Shown in pieces: positions 1 through 11,181 of a stretch of DNA of 64,000 nt (position 1 is its first letter; the number at the start of each line of letters is the position of its first letter). The stretch is taken from NCBI GenBank assembly GCA_963664325.2, contig CAXXDQ010000008.1, positions 32,001-96,000 on the forward strand, in the 5' to 3' direction. Below the pieces are notes generated by a model, which saw nothing but the letters and a program-made list of their open reading frames with translations, did not search any database and was not told the origin of the DNA. The stretch is from Desulfomonilia bacterium. GTDB taxonomy: Bacteria > Desulfobacterota > Desulfomonilia > UBA1062. Both the position numbers and the translations under genes were made by a program.

Positions 1-656
1 AGGGAGTTGGCCACAGCCAGGCCCAGGTCATCGTGGCAATGGACCGACACGACGGCTTTGTGAATATTTTTAATATGTTCAAAGAGATAAGCTGTCAGGC
101 GGCCGTATTCGTCGGGCGTCGTATAGCCGACCGTATCGGGAATATTAACCGTTGTTGCCCCTTCTGCGATCACCGCCTCCAGAATCTGACAGAGATAATC
201 CCAATCCGTGCGGGTCGCGTCCATGGCGGAAAATTCAACATTCCCGGTATACCGGCAAGCATGGGCAACCGTCCTGCGCGCATCCTCCAAAACCTCTTCC
301 CGTGATTTCCGGAGCTGATATTTGAGGTGGATATCCGATGAGGATAAAAAGACGTGAATCCTGGGGTTCGCCGCATCGGCAATGGCCTGCCAGGAACGGT
401 CGATGTCTTCGATATTGGCGCGGGCCAGGCCTGCAATCTGTGAGCCGCGAATTTCCCTGGCGATCTGCTGAACCGATAGAAAGTCGCCCTCCGATGCCAC
501 GGGGAACCCCGCTTCAATGATATCGACCCCCATCGCTTCCAGCTGACGGGCAATCCTGAGTTTTTCCTCGGGGTTCATCGTTGCCCCCGGTGATTGCTCG
601 CCGTCGCGGAGCGTTGTGTCAAAGATAAAAATTCGGTCTCCTTGCTTCTTCTTCAT
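1..656 (-). CDS. leuA: 2-isopropylmalate synthase, N-terminal part (runs off the window edge)
   Basis: Manual translation from ATG at 656: [24 protein letters not shown]...IIEAGFP...NIPDTVGY...[16 protein letters not shown]; DRE-TIM motifs DTTLRDGEQ and HCHxDLG. Confidence 0.9.
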   Translation of the reverse strand, partial: MKKKQGDRIFIFDTTLRDGEQSPGATMNPEEKLRIARQLEAMGVDIIEAGFPVASEGDFLSVQQIAREIRGSQIAGLARANIEDIDRSWQAIADAANPRIHVFLSSSDIHLKYQLRKSREEVLEDARRTVAHACRYTGNVEFSAMDATRTDWDYLCQILEAVIAEGATTVNIPDTVGYTTPDEYGRLTAYLFEHIKNIHKAVVSVHCHDDLGLAVANS

Positions 657-684
657 TTTTTTTCTCCTTTCAATGTTAAAAAAT

Positions 685-720
685 AAAAAAAGGCCATGGG
701 CGCGACGCCCATGGCCTTTT
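685..720 (-). terminator. Intrinsic terminator of the leuA attenuator
   Basis: Stem AGGCCATGGGCG (691-702) / CGCCCATGGCCT (706-717), followed on the minus strand by a U-tract (685-691), upstream of leuA. Confidence 0.85.
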
Positions 721-742
721 AGCTCTGTTCTATAATTTACGG

Positions 743-865
743 TTAAGAACTGCCTGAGGACGATGGGCGGTGGCAGGTATGAAGCAACAAGGGCAGAAGG
801 GCGAGATTCCGCAAGCCGGTTAAGGAGGATAAATTCAGAATGTTGGCTGTTGCTTTTCCGTTCAT
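743..865 (-). CDS. Leu-rich attenuator leader peptide (40 aa)
   Basis: [40 protein letters not shown], 10 Leu codons, ending just before the terminator and leuA. Confidence 0.75.
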   Translation of the reverse strand: MNGKATANILNLSSLTGLRNLALLPLLLHTCHRPSSSGSS

Positions 866-936
866 CGTTTAGGTCGTTTTTCCTTTTTACTTGGCTCCTT
901 CTAAAGGATAATTCCTCCCATGTCAAGTCATAATTG

Positions 937-2025
937 TCATGGTTCAGTTAAAAGCGCCTTTATGATCAGACGCTCGACTTTGGCAAGCGGCCATTTGTTC
1001 AAATCATTCAAGGAGATCCATTGCCGGAGCGGGCTGCCGGTCATCGGGGGCGCATGCCCGCATATACGGGCTTCATAGGCGGAGAGCGTGACACGGAAAT
1101 GGGTGTAAGCGTGATCCACGGTTGCCAGTTCGGCGCCGACGCTTATGGGCACCCCCAATTCTTCCCGGACGAGTTGCTGCAGTTGTTCTTTATTGCCGGC
1201 ATCCTGATGAAGGAAACCGCCCGGGAACTTCCAGAGAGAAGCCAGCAGGCCCTTTGCGGGTCTCTGGACCATGAGAACCTGTCCTTCCCGGTTGCGGATG
1301 ACAGCGGCCGCTTCCCGGCGATGCGGGATCGGGGATTTTTTCTTTACGAAAGGGAGCATCTCCTGCAAGCCCAACTTTTTTGCCTGGCAATGGGCGTTGA
1401 CAGGACAGAGAGAACAGACCGCCTCCCCGGCCTTGCAGACGGTTGCCCCCAGATCCATTAATGCCTGGTTGAAATGTCCGGGTTTTTGACGGGGAACAAG
1501 AGCAGCGGCGATTTCATGAAGCCGACGCTTTACGTCCGGCCGATCAAGGGGCTCCCGGATGGCGAACAGACGGCTGAGAATTCGCCGGACATTACCGTCG
1601 ATGGCGGGAACTTTTTGCCCGTAGGCGATGCTGAGGATAGCGCCGGCGGTGTAATCGCCGATACCGGGAAGCGACAGGAGATCTTCATGGTCGGCCGGAA
1701 TCCGTCCGTTGAATTTTCTGATTATTTCGCCGGCGGCAGCGTGAAGATGACGGGCCCGTGAATAGTAGCCCATATTTTCCCAAACCTTGAGGACTTCCTG
1801 GAGGGAAGCGCCCGCCAGCGCTTCAAGCGTGGGGAAGTGTGTCAGAAAACGGTGATAATAGGGGACGACGGTATCCACCTGGGTCTGCTGGAGCATGATT
1901 TCCGAGATCCAGATACGGTAAGGGTCGGCTGTTTCCCGCCAGGGAAGCATACGCTTTTCCTTTTCGTACCAGGCGAGCAATTTACGGGGGATGGCTGCAT
2001 TGCTTTTTCCGGATTCCTTGATCAT
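937..2025 (-). CDS. mutY: A/G-specific adenine glycosylase
   Basis: [12 protein letters not shown], Hh[19 protein letters not shown], FeS Cys motif, NUDIX-like C-terminus with HAYTHF. Confidence 0.95.
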   Translation of the reverse strand: MIKESGKSNAAIPRKLLAWYEKEKRMLPWRETADPYRIWISEIMLQQTQVDTVVPYYHRFLTHFPTLEALAGASLQEVLKVWENMGYYSRARHLHAAAGEIIRKFNGRIPADHEDLLSLPGIGDYTAGAILSIAYGQKVPAIDGNVRRILSRLFAIREPLDRPDVKRRLHEIAAALVPRQKPGHFNQALMDLGATVCKAGEAVCSLCPVNAHCQAKKLGLQEMLPFVKKKSPIPHRREAAAVIRNREGQVLMVQRPAKGLLASLWKFPGGFLHQDAGNKEQLQQLVREELGVPISVGAELATVDHAYTHFRVTLSAYEARICGHAPPMTGSPLRQWISLNDLNKWPLAKVERLIIKALLTEP

Positions 2026-2199
2026 TATTTATTTATACCCAAGACAGAGCGGTATGGCAATGCCTTTATCCCAAGATCCGGTTATGGCCGGGAGGAATAA
2101 AAGGCTTGTCGTCGCTGCCTTTAATGGTTATGATGAATCGGCGGGTCTCAAAGGCAAACATCCGGCGAAGTGCCATAACCAAAGGAATTAAAAGAGATC

Positions 2200-2415
2200 G
2201 TGAGCGAAAAACGCCTTTCCCGGAACGTGGGGAAAAATCAGAGGACGGAGATAAGCTGTTATGCCTGCCGGCATTTTTACATAACCCATGACCCGAAATT
2301 TCCGTACGGATGCCGGGAAGCCGGCTTCAAATCACGCTTATTGCCGGCAAGGGAAATGTACGTCCATTCCGGTATGGATTGCCAATTATTTGATGAAAAG
2401 GGAGGCTTTCAATGA
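2200..2415 (+). CDS. Small Cys-rich conserved protein
   Basis: CYACRHFYITHDPKFPYGC...SGMDCQLF pattern; stop overlaps the next start. Confidence 0.6.
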   Translation: MSEKRLSRNVGKNQRTEISCYACRHFYITHDPKFPYGCREAGFKSRLLPAREMYVHSGMDCQLFDEKGGFQ

Positions 2416-2747
2416 GTATGCATGACAAATGTTCGCTGGTGGACACCGCTGGTGGATTGGCAGACACCTTAAAAGAACATGACCACATCATTGCTCTTTT
2501 TTATGCTTCATGGTGTCCTTTTTGTGTAAAAATATTGCCGGATTTTAAAAAACATGCGGAAGAGGGAGCCAACGTTTTTTTACTGGTGAAGGATGATCAG
2601 GAAGTGATGGCGGATCATTATTCCGTAGCGGTATATCCGACAGCCATTCATTTTGAAAAAGGATTGGTTTCCAAGCGGCTGGACGGTGTTTTGGGAGTCG
2701 GTTTGCGAAAAAAGCAACTGGAAGACTTTATCGCATCTTGTTCCTGA
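2412..2747 (+). CDS. Thioredoxin family protein
   Basis: FYASWCPFC active site, cis-Pro YPT. Confidence 0.85.
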   Translation: MSMHDKCSLVDTAGGLADTLKEHDHIIALFYASWCPFCVKILPDFKKHAEEGANVFLLVKDDQEVMADHYSVAVYPTAIHFEKGLVSKRLDGVLGVGLRKKQLEDFIASCS

Positions 2748-2811
2748 ACATCGTCAGCTTTCTTGAGCAGATCTTCTTATGCAATGGAATTAAGAAAGGG
2801 GACATGAAAAA

Positions 2812-3255
2812 ATGAAATACTCACAGGCAAAGCCGGGGCGCATCTTTGTTATCCGGCTGGAAGATGGTGATATCATTCATGAGGTTATTGAGTCATTTGC
2901 CAGGGAACAGAGCATCGGTGCGGCGGCTCTGATCATCCTGGGCGGCGCCGACAGGGAAAGCCGGCTGGTTGTGGGTCCGGAAGAAAGCCGGGCAACGCCT
3001 GTGGTCCCGATGAGCCTGGTGTTGGACAATGTTCATGAAGTGTCCGGTGTCGGCACGCTTTTTCCCGATGAGGAGGGGAATCCTATCCTGCACATGCATA
3101 TGGCCTGCGGCCGAAATGACCATACAATAACCGGCTGTGTCCGGACGGGCGTCAAGGTCTGGCAAGTCATGGAAGCTGTTCTTTTTGAATTGGTTGACAG
3201 TTCCGGTGTTCGTCGACCGGATGAGGCAACCGGGTTCAAACTGCTGCAACCGTAA
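2812..3255 (+). CDS. PPC domain (DUF296) protein
   Basis: RLEDGD start, HEVSGVGT, LHMH, GCV motifs. Confidence 0.8.
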   Translation: MKYSQAKPGRIFVIRLEDGDIIHEVIESFAREQSIGAAALIILGGADRESRLVVGPEESRATPVVPMSLVLDNVHEVSGVGTLFPDEEGNPILHMHMACGRNDHTITGCVRTGVKVWQVMEAVLFELVDSSGVRRPDEATGFKLLQP

Positions 3256-3533
3256 TATTTAATTTCGTCGGGTTTCCTGCCGTCAACGGCTGCCGGGTCC
3301 ATTGATTTTTTTATAGAATTACCTAAAATGACTGTCGTTCATTTTAAACCCCCTTATTTAAACAGACGTACGTATTGAAAATGTAACGTTTTGCAATCTA
3401 AACTTATTATATTTATTGATGAATTTGTCTACTACTAATCTTCTTGACATCCTTATAACTATGTTATAGGCATGGCTCGGAAAAATCGGGAACTATGTTT
3501 TTCACAAGTTTTTTTTAAGAGGAGGAAGTTAAG

Positions 3534-5015
3534 ATGAGGCATATGGATAAGAGTTTATCAATTGTTTTCTCGGTCCTTATGGTTATGGCTCTGGCGGCTT
3601 ACAGTCCGTCTATGGCCGTCGCCGCCAAGGCGGACAAACCCGCTAAAGCGGATAAGGTGGATAAGACGGATAAATTGGGCAAGGCGAACGCCTTTTTTGA
3701 TGTGAAGAAGATGGGGGATATGTCGGACTTTGATCCGGGCAACCCGGTGGTACCCACGGGCGATACGATTAAAATCGCTGTGGTGGCTGCATTTTCAGGG
3801 CCCAGCGCCTATAATGGCCAGATCTATTATTGCTTCGCCCAATGGGTTGCTCACGACATCAATAAAAGAGGCGGCATCCTGGTGGACGGCAAAAAGAAAC
3901 TGGTTCAGGTTCTGAAAGCCGACCATATGTCCAAAGCGGATCAGTGCAAAAAAGTGACGGAACGCATGGCCCTTCAGGAAAAGGTACACTTCTTCTGGGG
4001 GACAGACGGCAGCCATTTTATGAAAATCATTAATGAAACAGCCAATAAATACAAAATCATCGCCATGAATGTGACCTGTATGTCCGATGAACTCCAGGAT
4101 GCCACGAATTTCTCGCGTTACGCATTCCAGGCTGCTTACTCCACAGATGCGGCCGCCCGCGCTCTGGCCTATTATTACGGTCAGATCCGTCAGAAGGAAA
4201 AAAGGTTTTATATCCTCAATCAGGATTATGCCTTCGGCCACAGTTTCGCGGATAGTTTCAAAAAGGGCCTGAAGGAATACTATCCTGACGCACAATTGGT
4301 CGGCGAGGATTACCACAAACTATTCCTGACGGATTATGCCCCTTACCTGACGAAGATCAAGGCTGCCGGTGCGGAGGTGATTTTCACAGGTGATTGGCTT
4401 CCCGATGCCGGCAATCTGCTGAAGCAGTCCCGGCAGATGGGCATCAAGCTGCCATTTGCCAACACCTATATCGATGAGCCCAATTACCTGAATGAAACCG
4501 GGGTGGAAGGCACAAAGGGGCTGACCAATGTCAGTGCCTATTTCGACACAACGCCATTTTTCAAAACGCCGGATCAGATTAAGTTCTACAAAATCTGGGC
4601 CGATCAGGCGAAAAAATGGAAGACGGCCCCTTACAGCAGTATCGCTTTTACCCATGCCACGGCAAACACGGCTGGCTGGATCATGACGACCTATTGGTTG
4701 ATGAGTGTCGTCGAAAGGGCACAGAGCACGGACCCGGAAAAGATCATCAAGGTCTGGGAGAATGATACGTATAAATATATCAATGGCAAGATCGTTAAAA
4801 TGCGGGCCTGCGATCACAAGATGATTCTTGATTTGGGCATAACCGAATATGTGCCGCCGGATCAGCAGAAAGTGTCCATGAACATTCCGCCTTATTACTG
4901 GTTCAAGAATGCCTCTTATGTGGGGCCCGTTTATAAGGTTCCTGCCACCAAAATTCTCCCCTTAATGGATCAGAAGCTTGATCGGTGTAAGGGAAAGAAC
5001 GGTTGGGGTGAATAA
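3534..5015 (+). CDS. ABC transporter substrate-binding protein (LivJ/Peripla_BP_6-like)
   Basis: Signal peptide, NQDYAFG, TDYAPYLTKIK, MRACDH; RBS GAGGAGG. Confidence 0.85.
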   Translation: MRHMDKSLSIVFSVLMVMALAAYSPSMAVAAKADKPAKADKVDKTDKLGKANAFFDVKKMGDMSDFDPGNPVVPTGDTIKIAVVAAFSGPSAYNGQIYYCFAQWVAHDINKRGGILVDGKKKLVQVLKADHMSKADQCKKVTERMALQEKVHFFWGTDGSHFMKIINETANKYKIIAMNVTCMSDELQDATNFSRYAFQAAYSTDAAARALAYYYGQIRQKEKRFYILNQDYAFGHSFADSFKKGLKEYYPDAQLVGEDYHKLFLTDYAPYLTKIKAAGAEVIFTGDWLPDAGNLLKQSRQMGIKLPFANTYIDEPNYLNETGVEGTKGLTNVSAYFDTTPFFKTPDQIKFYKIWADQAKKWKTAPYSSIAFTHATANTAGWIMTTYWLMSVVERAQSTDPEKIIKVWENDTYKYINGKIVKMRACDHKMILDLGITEYVPPDQQKVSMNIPPYYWFKNASYVGPVYKVPATKILPLMDQKLDRCKGKNGWGE

Positions 5016-5050
5016 ATAAATCGACGTTCAGGCAGGATTGCTCACAATTA

Positions 5051-5099
5051 TTTCCGGGATGCCGCGTTTTTTCCGCGGCATCCCGGAAATTCCTTTTTC
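5051..5099 (+). terminator. Intrinsic terminator
   Basis: TTTCCGGGATGCCGCG...CGCGGCATCCCGGAAA stem followed by a T-rich tract. Confidence 0.7.
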
Positions 5100-5114
5100 A
5101 TCCATATGACATTT

Positions 5115-5335
5115 TGTCCAATTGGCTAGACATGTCCTTCTATCCGGACAAATATAAGCTTTAAATTTAATAATCAACTAGTTATAAAATTATGCCCTTA
5201 TTTTTTAAGACATCTTTTGTCTTGAATATCAGACATTAAAATTATATAATTTTGATGCTTTCAATCTTAACAAATATTCTTTCCCTGTGAAATAAGTAAG
5301 TTACATTTTTTTTATTGTGTTGGTATCTATCTTGC
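5115..5335 (+). promoter_or_regulatory. Sigma54 promoter with TGTC-N10-GACA enhancer sites and IHF-like site, upstream of gctA
   Basis: TGGTATCTATCTTGC (5321-5335, GG-N10-GC); TGTC-N10-GACA at 5115, 5133, 5218; AATCAACTAGTTA (about 5172) matches WATCAAN4TTR. Confidence 0.8.
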
Positions 5336-5409
5336 GTATATGATGTATACATATAAGCAGATATCAGCCGAATATTTAATATTAATCATCAACAAATGAA
5401 GGAGCGACT

Positions 5410-6387
5410 ATGGTTAATGATTCAGGAAAAGTAATGGCTCTGGATGAAGCAATTAGCGCATACGTGAAAGATGGTTGCCATATTTCCATTGGCGGATTCA
5501 CCTTGAACAGAAATCCAATGGCAGCTGTTTATGAAATTATGCGCCAGAGAATCAGGAATCTGCATTGTTATGCCCATTCAAATGGGACCGGCGTTGACGA
5601 ACTCATCGGTGCCGGATGCATTTCCAAGCTCGAAATTGCCTATGGCGGAAACGGAAAAGCGGCACCTACCTGCATCCGGTTCCGGTCAGCCATTCAGAGG
5701 GGAAAAATTCAGTACGAAGATTATTCAAATTACCACATGTCCCTGCGTTTCCATGCCGGCGCCATGGGGGTTCCCTTTATCGCTACAAGATCGGGAATGG
5801 GAACGGACCTCGTGGAGAAATGGGGGTTTTCCAAGGAAATGCGGCAAGGCGATCCAAGATTGCCCAACAAGAAACTGGTCGTATTGGATAATCCTTTCGA
5901 AGGCTGGGGTGGTGCTTCCAAGGTTCTCCTGATTCCGGCAATCAATCCTGATGTTACCATCATTCATGTTCAGAAAGCGGATAAATTCGGCACATGCCGA
6001 ATGGAAGGCTTGACTTTCTGTGATACGGATCAGGCAAAAGCGGCCAAGAATGTGATTGTGACGTGCGAAGAAATTGTCGACACGGAAGAATTGAGAATGG
6101 AGCCCGAAGCCAATCAGATACCCTTCATTCATGTAACAGCCGTTGTCCATGTCCCTTATGGCGCTTATCCGTCCGCTTGTTATCGTTATTATGATTATGA
6201 TCCTCATTATCTGAGTCAGCACAGCAAATATGCCAAGGATGATGGGCTTTATGATGAGTATCTGGAAAAATTTGTTTATGGCGTGAAAAATCATGAAGGC
6301 TTGTTGAAACTCGTCGGTCAAGAACAGCTAGCCAGGATATCCGCGGATAAGCGGACCGGATACGCCACGAATCTGGATAGAAGATAA
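5410..6387 (+). CDS. gctA: Glutaconate/glutarate CoA-transferase subunit A
   Basis: Family I CoA-transferase alpha: GGFTLNRNPMA, IIHVQKADKFG, PYGAYPSACYRYYDYD; context. Confidence 0.8.
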   Translation: MVNDSGKVMALDEAISAYVKDGCHISIGGFTLNRNPMAAVYEIMRQRIRNLHCYAHSNGTGVDELIGAGCISKLEIAYGGNGKAAPTCIRFRSAIQRGKIQYEDYSNYHMSLRFHAGAMGVPFIATRSGMGTDLVEKWGFSKEMRQGDPRLPNKKLVVLDNPFEGWGGASKVLLIPAINPDVTIIHVQKADKFGTCRMEGLTFCDTDQAKAAKNVIVTCEEIVDTEELRMEPEANQIPFIHVTAVVHVPYGAYPSACYRYYDYDPHYLSQHSKYAKDDGLYDEYLEKFVYGVKNHEGLLKLVGQEQLARISADKRTGYATNLDRR

Positions 6388-6408
6388 AAGGTATCAGGAG
6401 GGCAGATA

Positions 6409-7170
6409 ATGAATTACACATTAAGAGAAATGATGACCATCATGGCGGCCAGAGAAATCCGCGACGGCGATATCGTCTTTTGCGGAACGGGTATCTCCAT
6501 GGTTGCCGCCATGGCGGCCAAACATATCAATGCGCCGCATAGTATCACGTTTTTTGAGACGGGGGCCATCGATTCGCGGCTGGAAGAAATCCCCATGGCC
6601 GTGTCCGATCCGCGAGTCATGTATGGTGCTGCGTCAAACGGCGGTCTTCTGGATGCGTTTGCCACCATGCAGAACCGCATAACCGGAGACCATGTCATTG
6701 GCATACTGGGTGCGGCACAGGTGGACAAATACGGGAACCTGAATTCGACCTGCATCGGCGATTATTACCGTCCGGAGACACGTTTTTCAGGAAGCGGCGG
6801 GGCCTGCGATGTCGCTTCCTTTGTCCCTCGCTGCATCATTTTCATGCAGCATGAAAAGAGGAAATTCCCGGTAAAAGTCGATTATCTCACCAGCCCCGGT
6901 TATCTTGACGGACCCGGAGGGCGGGAGAGGGCCGGACTGCTGCCTGGCGGTCCCACGGCTGTCATCACGAATCTTGCGGTCATGCATTTCGATGATCAGA
7001 CCAAAGAAATGTATCTGGCATACTATTATCCGGGAATAACACCACAGCAAGTCCTTGATAACATGGAATTTACCGTGGATGTCACCAGGGCGGTCGAAGC
7101 GACGCCGCCTACGGAAAGGGAACTGAAAATACTCAGGGAGACAGTCGATCCGCAAAAATTAATTTTATAG
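6409..7170 (+). CDS. gctB: Glutaconate/glutarate CoA-transferase subunit B
   Basis: Catalytic Glu in FFETG, LGAAQVDKYGNLNST, GSGGACD. Confidence 0.8.
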   Translation: MNYTLREMMTIMAAREIRDGDIVFCGTGISMVAAMAAKHINAPHSITFFETGAIDSRLEEIPMAVSDPRVMYGAASNGGLLDAFATMQNRITGDHVIGILGAAQVDKYGNLNSTCIGDYYRPETRFSGSGGACDVASFVPRCIIFMQHEKRKFPVKVDYLTSPGYLDGPGGRERAGLLPGGPTAVITNLAVMHFDDQTKEMYLAYYYPGITPQQVLDNMEFTVDVTRAVEATPPTERELKILRETVDPQKLIL

Positions 7171-7199
7171 AACGGAAAAGGAATGCAGAGGAAGATACT

Positions 7200-7430
7200 G
7201 CGAAAGAATTCCGTCCAGTCGGAGAAGGCCTTACCGGAGGTGATCCCGGTGCCGGCCTTTGCGTACCGATGGGCGATGAATCGGATGAAGAGATTGCACG
7301 CCTCTCGGCCGATCGGCGTATAGCCCACCTCGTCCACGATCACCAACGCCGATTGATTGTAGCCTCTTCCTCTGCCTTTGCGCTCGGCATGATGATCTTT
7401 TGTCAGCTTGCCGAGCAGGTCCTCCATAGT
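7200..7430 (-). pseudogene. IS21-family IstB helper ATPase remnant
   Basis: FTTMEDLL...LVIVDEVGYTPIGREACNLFIRFIAHRY...ITSGKAFSDWTEFF, Walker B region only. Confidence 0.75.
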
Positions 7431-7484
7431 GGTAAAATAGATACACATACTATTTCGCTTTCAAATGGGTGCATAAATATAACC

Positions 7485-7950
7485 ATCATGGTCCAGACGG
7501 GATCCGGTTACAAGGGCGAGGAGGGAGACGATCCGGGCTTTCAACAATGGAGGAGGAGAAGGATTTGTTAGCGCAGATCCGTTCGCAGGCAGAAGGGGGA
7601 AGGATTCTTACGGCTCAGGCCGTCAAGGGCATATAGAAGAAAAAACAGGGAAGGAAGTATCGAAAGACCACCCTTACGATATTCTTCACCGACAGGGATG
7701 GCGTAAAGTAATGCCTCGACCTCTGCATTCCAAGGCAGATAAGGAAGAATAGGAAACTTTTTTAAAAAAAATCGGAGTTGGTGGCAGGCGCCGCAGAAAA
7801 GTTCGGCAAACAAGACAATCAACCCATGAACGCCTCTTCCAGGAGGAAGGTCGATGGGGGAGGGTTGCAGATCCCACGCGCTGTTGGGCGCCTGAGGGCA
7901 TTCGGCCGATAGTCCCTGCCCATATTGTCAGAGAATATCCGCATTATTTA
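7485..7950 (+). pseudogene. IS630-family transposase remnant
   Basis: Broken frames read GRGGRR...EEEKDLL...YDILHRQGWRKVMPRPLHSKAD, a slippery TTTAAAAAAA, then LFQEEGRWGRVADPTRCWAPEGIRPIV. Confidence 0.65.
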
Positions 7951-8228
7951 CCAATCGCCTTATTCACCGGAACTCAATCCCGCTGAACATCTTTTGGGAA
8001 TATATCCGAAAAAACTTCCTTCGCAATCGTATAGGGCCTTCGATAATGGCATTGGAAGACGCTCTGGAAAACAGAATGACAATCCATAAAAATATTCATT
8101 CTGAAATAATTTCAGTTTTAATACCCATCCGGCCCCGTGAGAGCGCATGGATTTTTTTAATTTATAATGAACAACATGGCGATTTATGTTATTAAATAGA
8201 GCTTCCAACCGTTTCGGAAAGGTTTGAT

Positions 8229-9634
8229 ATGGATGAAAAAGCAGAATTAGCGAAGCTGGCTAAACTGGGAGAGGGCTTCATCTATTCCCTCATCGACAAT
8301 CCCTATGAATGCCCCATTATTATCGACAACAAGGGCATTATCCGCTTTATGAGCCGTTACAGTAAAAAATTGATCAAAATTGACCCGGATGAGGCTGTAG
8401 GGAAACACATAGTTGAAATTATTCCGGAAACGCATCTTCATGAAATATTAAAGGATGGCAAGGCCCGGATCGGCGATACCCTGTTTATTGGCGGACGTCA
8501 GCAAGTCATAACAAGAATTCCGCTGAAGGATATGAAGGGCAAGATTATCGGGGCCGTCGGCAAGGGAATTTTTAACGAAACATCCAAAGTTCTAGTGCTC
8601 AATCGCCGGATCGAACAGCTCAATGGAGAATTGCAATATCTCCAAAAGCAACTGGACATACGCAAGGCCGGTACGGTGATTATTGGCGAATCGCCGCAGG
8701 TGCAGGCCATAAAGGCCAGCGCTTTTCACGCGGCTCGGAGCAATGCCTCCGTGCTGATAACCGGTGAGTCGGGAACGGGCAAGGAGGTCATTGCCCAGTA
8801 CATCCACCAGTGCAGCCCGCGGGCTAAAGGACCGTTCATCAGGGTCAACTGTGCCTCCATCCCGTCGGAACTGTTTGAAAGCGAGCTGTTCGGTTATGAT
8901 GAAGGTGCGTTTACCGGAGCCCGTACAAAAGGAAAACCCGGAAAATTTGAACTGGCCAACGGGGGCACCATCTTTCTCGATGAAATTGCCGAATTACCCC
9001 TTCCGATGCAAGCCAAGCTGCTCCGTGTTCTGCAGGAAAAGGCCGTAGACCGGCTTGGGGCCACTAAATTGACGACTTTGGATTTCCGGCTGGTCGCGGC
9101 CACCAACAGAGATCTTCTTGCTTTGGTAAAAAATGGTTTATTCCGGATGGACCTTTATTTCCGGATTGATGTTTTTCAGATCCAGGCTGCCAGTTTGAGA
9201 GAAATAAAAGAAGATATTCCTTTGATATGTATGCATTTGATGTCATTGTTGAAGGACGAGATCGGAACGGGACCATCCAAAATATCGGTAGAGGCTATGG
9301 ATGCTCTGAGGCGTTATACATGGCCCGGCAATGTCCGGGAGTTAAGGAATGTCCTGGAAAGAGCGCTTATTGTGGCCAACGGCGATGAGATCCAGTTGGA
9401 GGACCTCCCCAAGAGGATCCGGAGCCACGGCCTGGATAATGAGCAGATCAAACAGTATTGATATTAAAGGAACGCTCCGGCAATTGCTTGAAGAAGCGGA
9501 AAAAACAGGCTATCCGCGCTGCCCTGCATCACGCCAAAGGAAATAAAGTGAAAGCGGCAAAAGCCCTTGGCATTCACCGTTCTTCTCTCTATGAGAAATT
9601 AAATCGGTTACCCCAAGAGGGAACTGACCAATAA
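8229..9634 (+). CDS. PAS-domain sigma54-dependent transcriptional activator (indels in the C-terminal Fis HTH region)
   Basis: GESGTGKE, ESELFGY-GAFTGA, FLDEI, WPGNVREL; HTH GNKVKAAKALGIHRSSLYEKL in a shifted frame ending at TAA 9634. Confidence 0.9.
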
Positions 9635-9681
9635 AAGCCTTAAAAGGAGAAGGGAGATGGCAGAATAAAGGCATGCATAGC

Positions 9682-9890
9682 TGTCTGAATTACAGGACAT
9701 GTCCTAAAATTTATACACATGATAATTTATTAAAATAATCAAATAGATACGTTGATATCACTTTTTTTATAAGGAATTAAATGTCCTAAATATCAGACAT
9801 TTAATTTGATAAATTCTATACAATCCTTGGCGCAAAAGATATTTAATCTTTGTTAAATAAGTAGGTTACATCAATTGGTATCTATTTTGC
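9682..9890 (+). promoter_or_regulatory. Second sigma54 promoter with the same enhancer array
   Basis: TGGTATCTATTTTGC (9876-9890); TGTC-N10-GACA at 9682 and 9782, imperfect copy at 9700. Confidence 0.8.
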
Positions 9891-9990
9891 GTATGGAATG
9901 CAAGCTTTAAAACATAAATCGAAGCAAATTATTAATTTCATCTATGAACAAAATTGCAAATAAATTGAATTGAAGAATGGAGGAAGAAAA

Positions 9991-11157
9991 ATGGAATTCG
10001 GATTGTCGGAAGAATTAATCATGTTGAGGGATACGGTTCGTGATTTTGCGGCCGAAAAGATTGCACCGTATGCGGATGAATGGGACATGAATCATTATTT
10101 CCCCTATAAGGAAGCTGTGAAGCCGATGGGAGATCTGGGATTTTTCGGGACGGTCATTTCCTGAGGAGTACGGCGGAAACGGCATGGGCTGGCTGGCGGC
10201 CATGATCATTACGGAAGAGATCGCACGGGCGTCGAGTTCGCTCCGGGTCCAGGTGAACATGCAGGAATTGGGCTGTGCCTTTACGATCCTGCGTTATGGC
10301 AGCGACGAGCTGAAAAAGAAGTATATTCCCGGGCTGGTCAGCGCGGATATCCTGGGTGCTTTTGCCATCACGGAACCGCAGGCGGGCTCCGATGTCATGG
10401 CTATCGCGTCGACGGCGGAAGACAAGGGAGACCACTGGCTGGTTAACGGGACTAAAACCTGGATCTCAAATGCCACGATCGGCGACATCAATGTATTTTA
10501 TGCCTACACGGAATAAGTCGAAAGGGGCCACGGGCCTGTCCGCATTTATTGTCGAACTCAAGAATTTTAACGGCATAACCGTGACGGACCTGGACAAACT
10601 GGGTTCCCGGTCTTCACCCACGGGTGAGATCATCCTTGAGAACACCAAGATCCCGAAAGGGAACATCCTGGGCAAGCCGGGCGACGGTGCGAAGATTGTT
10701 TTCGGATCTCTCAGCCAGAGCCGTCTGTCGGCAGCAGCGGGAGGCATCGGGCTGGCCCAGGCGTGTCTGGATGCGGTGACGAAGTATGCCATGGAACGGG
10801 TACAGTTCGGCCAGGCGATCGGCTTGTTCCAGATGAACCAGGACCTGATCGGACAGATGGTTGCGGAGATCGAGGCGGCGCGGTTCATGGTCTACAAAGC
10901 GGCGTGGCAGAAGGATCAGGGGAACCTGGGAAACAATCTGGAAGTGGCGGCGGCGAAATATCTGGCCGGTGAGCTGGCTTATAAGTGTTCCCAGTATGCC
11001 ATGAGAATTCTGGGCGCCCTACGGTTATTCGACGGAATACCCGGTTGCACGGTACTTCCGCGATGCACCGACGTACGCCATGGTGGAAGGATCCGCCAAT
11101 GTTTGCAAATTTATCATGGCCCAGGATCAATTGGGTATCCGCAAGGCGAATCGCTAG
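9991..11157 (+). CDS. acd: Glutaryl-CoA dehydrogenase, non-decarboxylating (frameshifted in this sequence)
   Basis: Joined frames: HYFPYKEAVKPMGDLGFFG, GWLAAMIITEEIAR, ITEPQAGSDV, RLSAAAGG, AMRILGA-YGYSTEYPVARYFRDAPTYAMVEGSAN; resembles the Desulfococcus-type enzyme as recalled, not aligned. Confidence 0.85.
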
Positions 11158-11181
11158 ACAGCGAAAGAAGGAGCTATCAAT

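Noticed and set aside
3454-3468. TATAAC-TAT-GTTATA palindrome next to TTGACA upstream of the binding-protein gene
   Set aside because: Plausible operator but a single instance with no assignable regulator.
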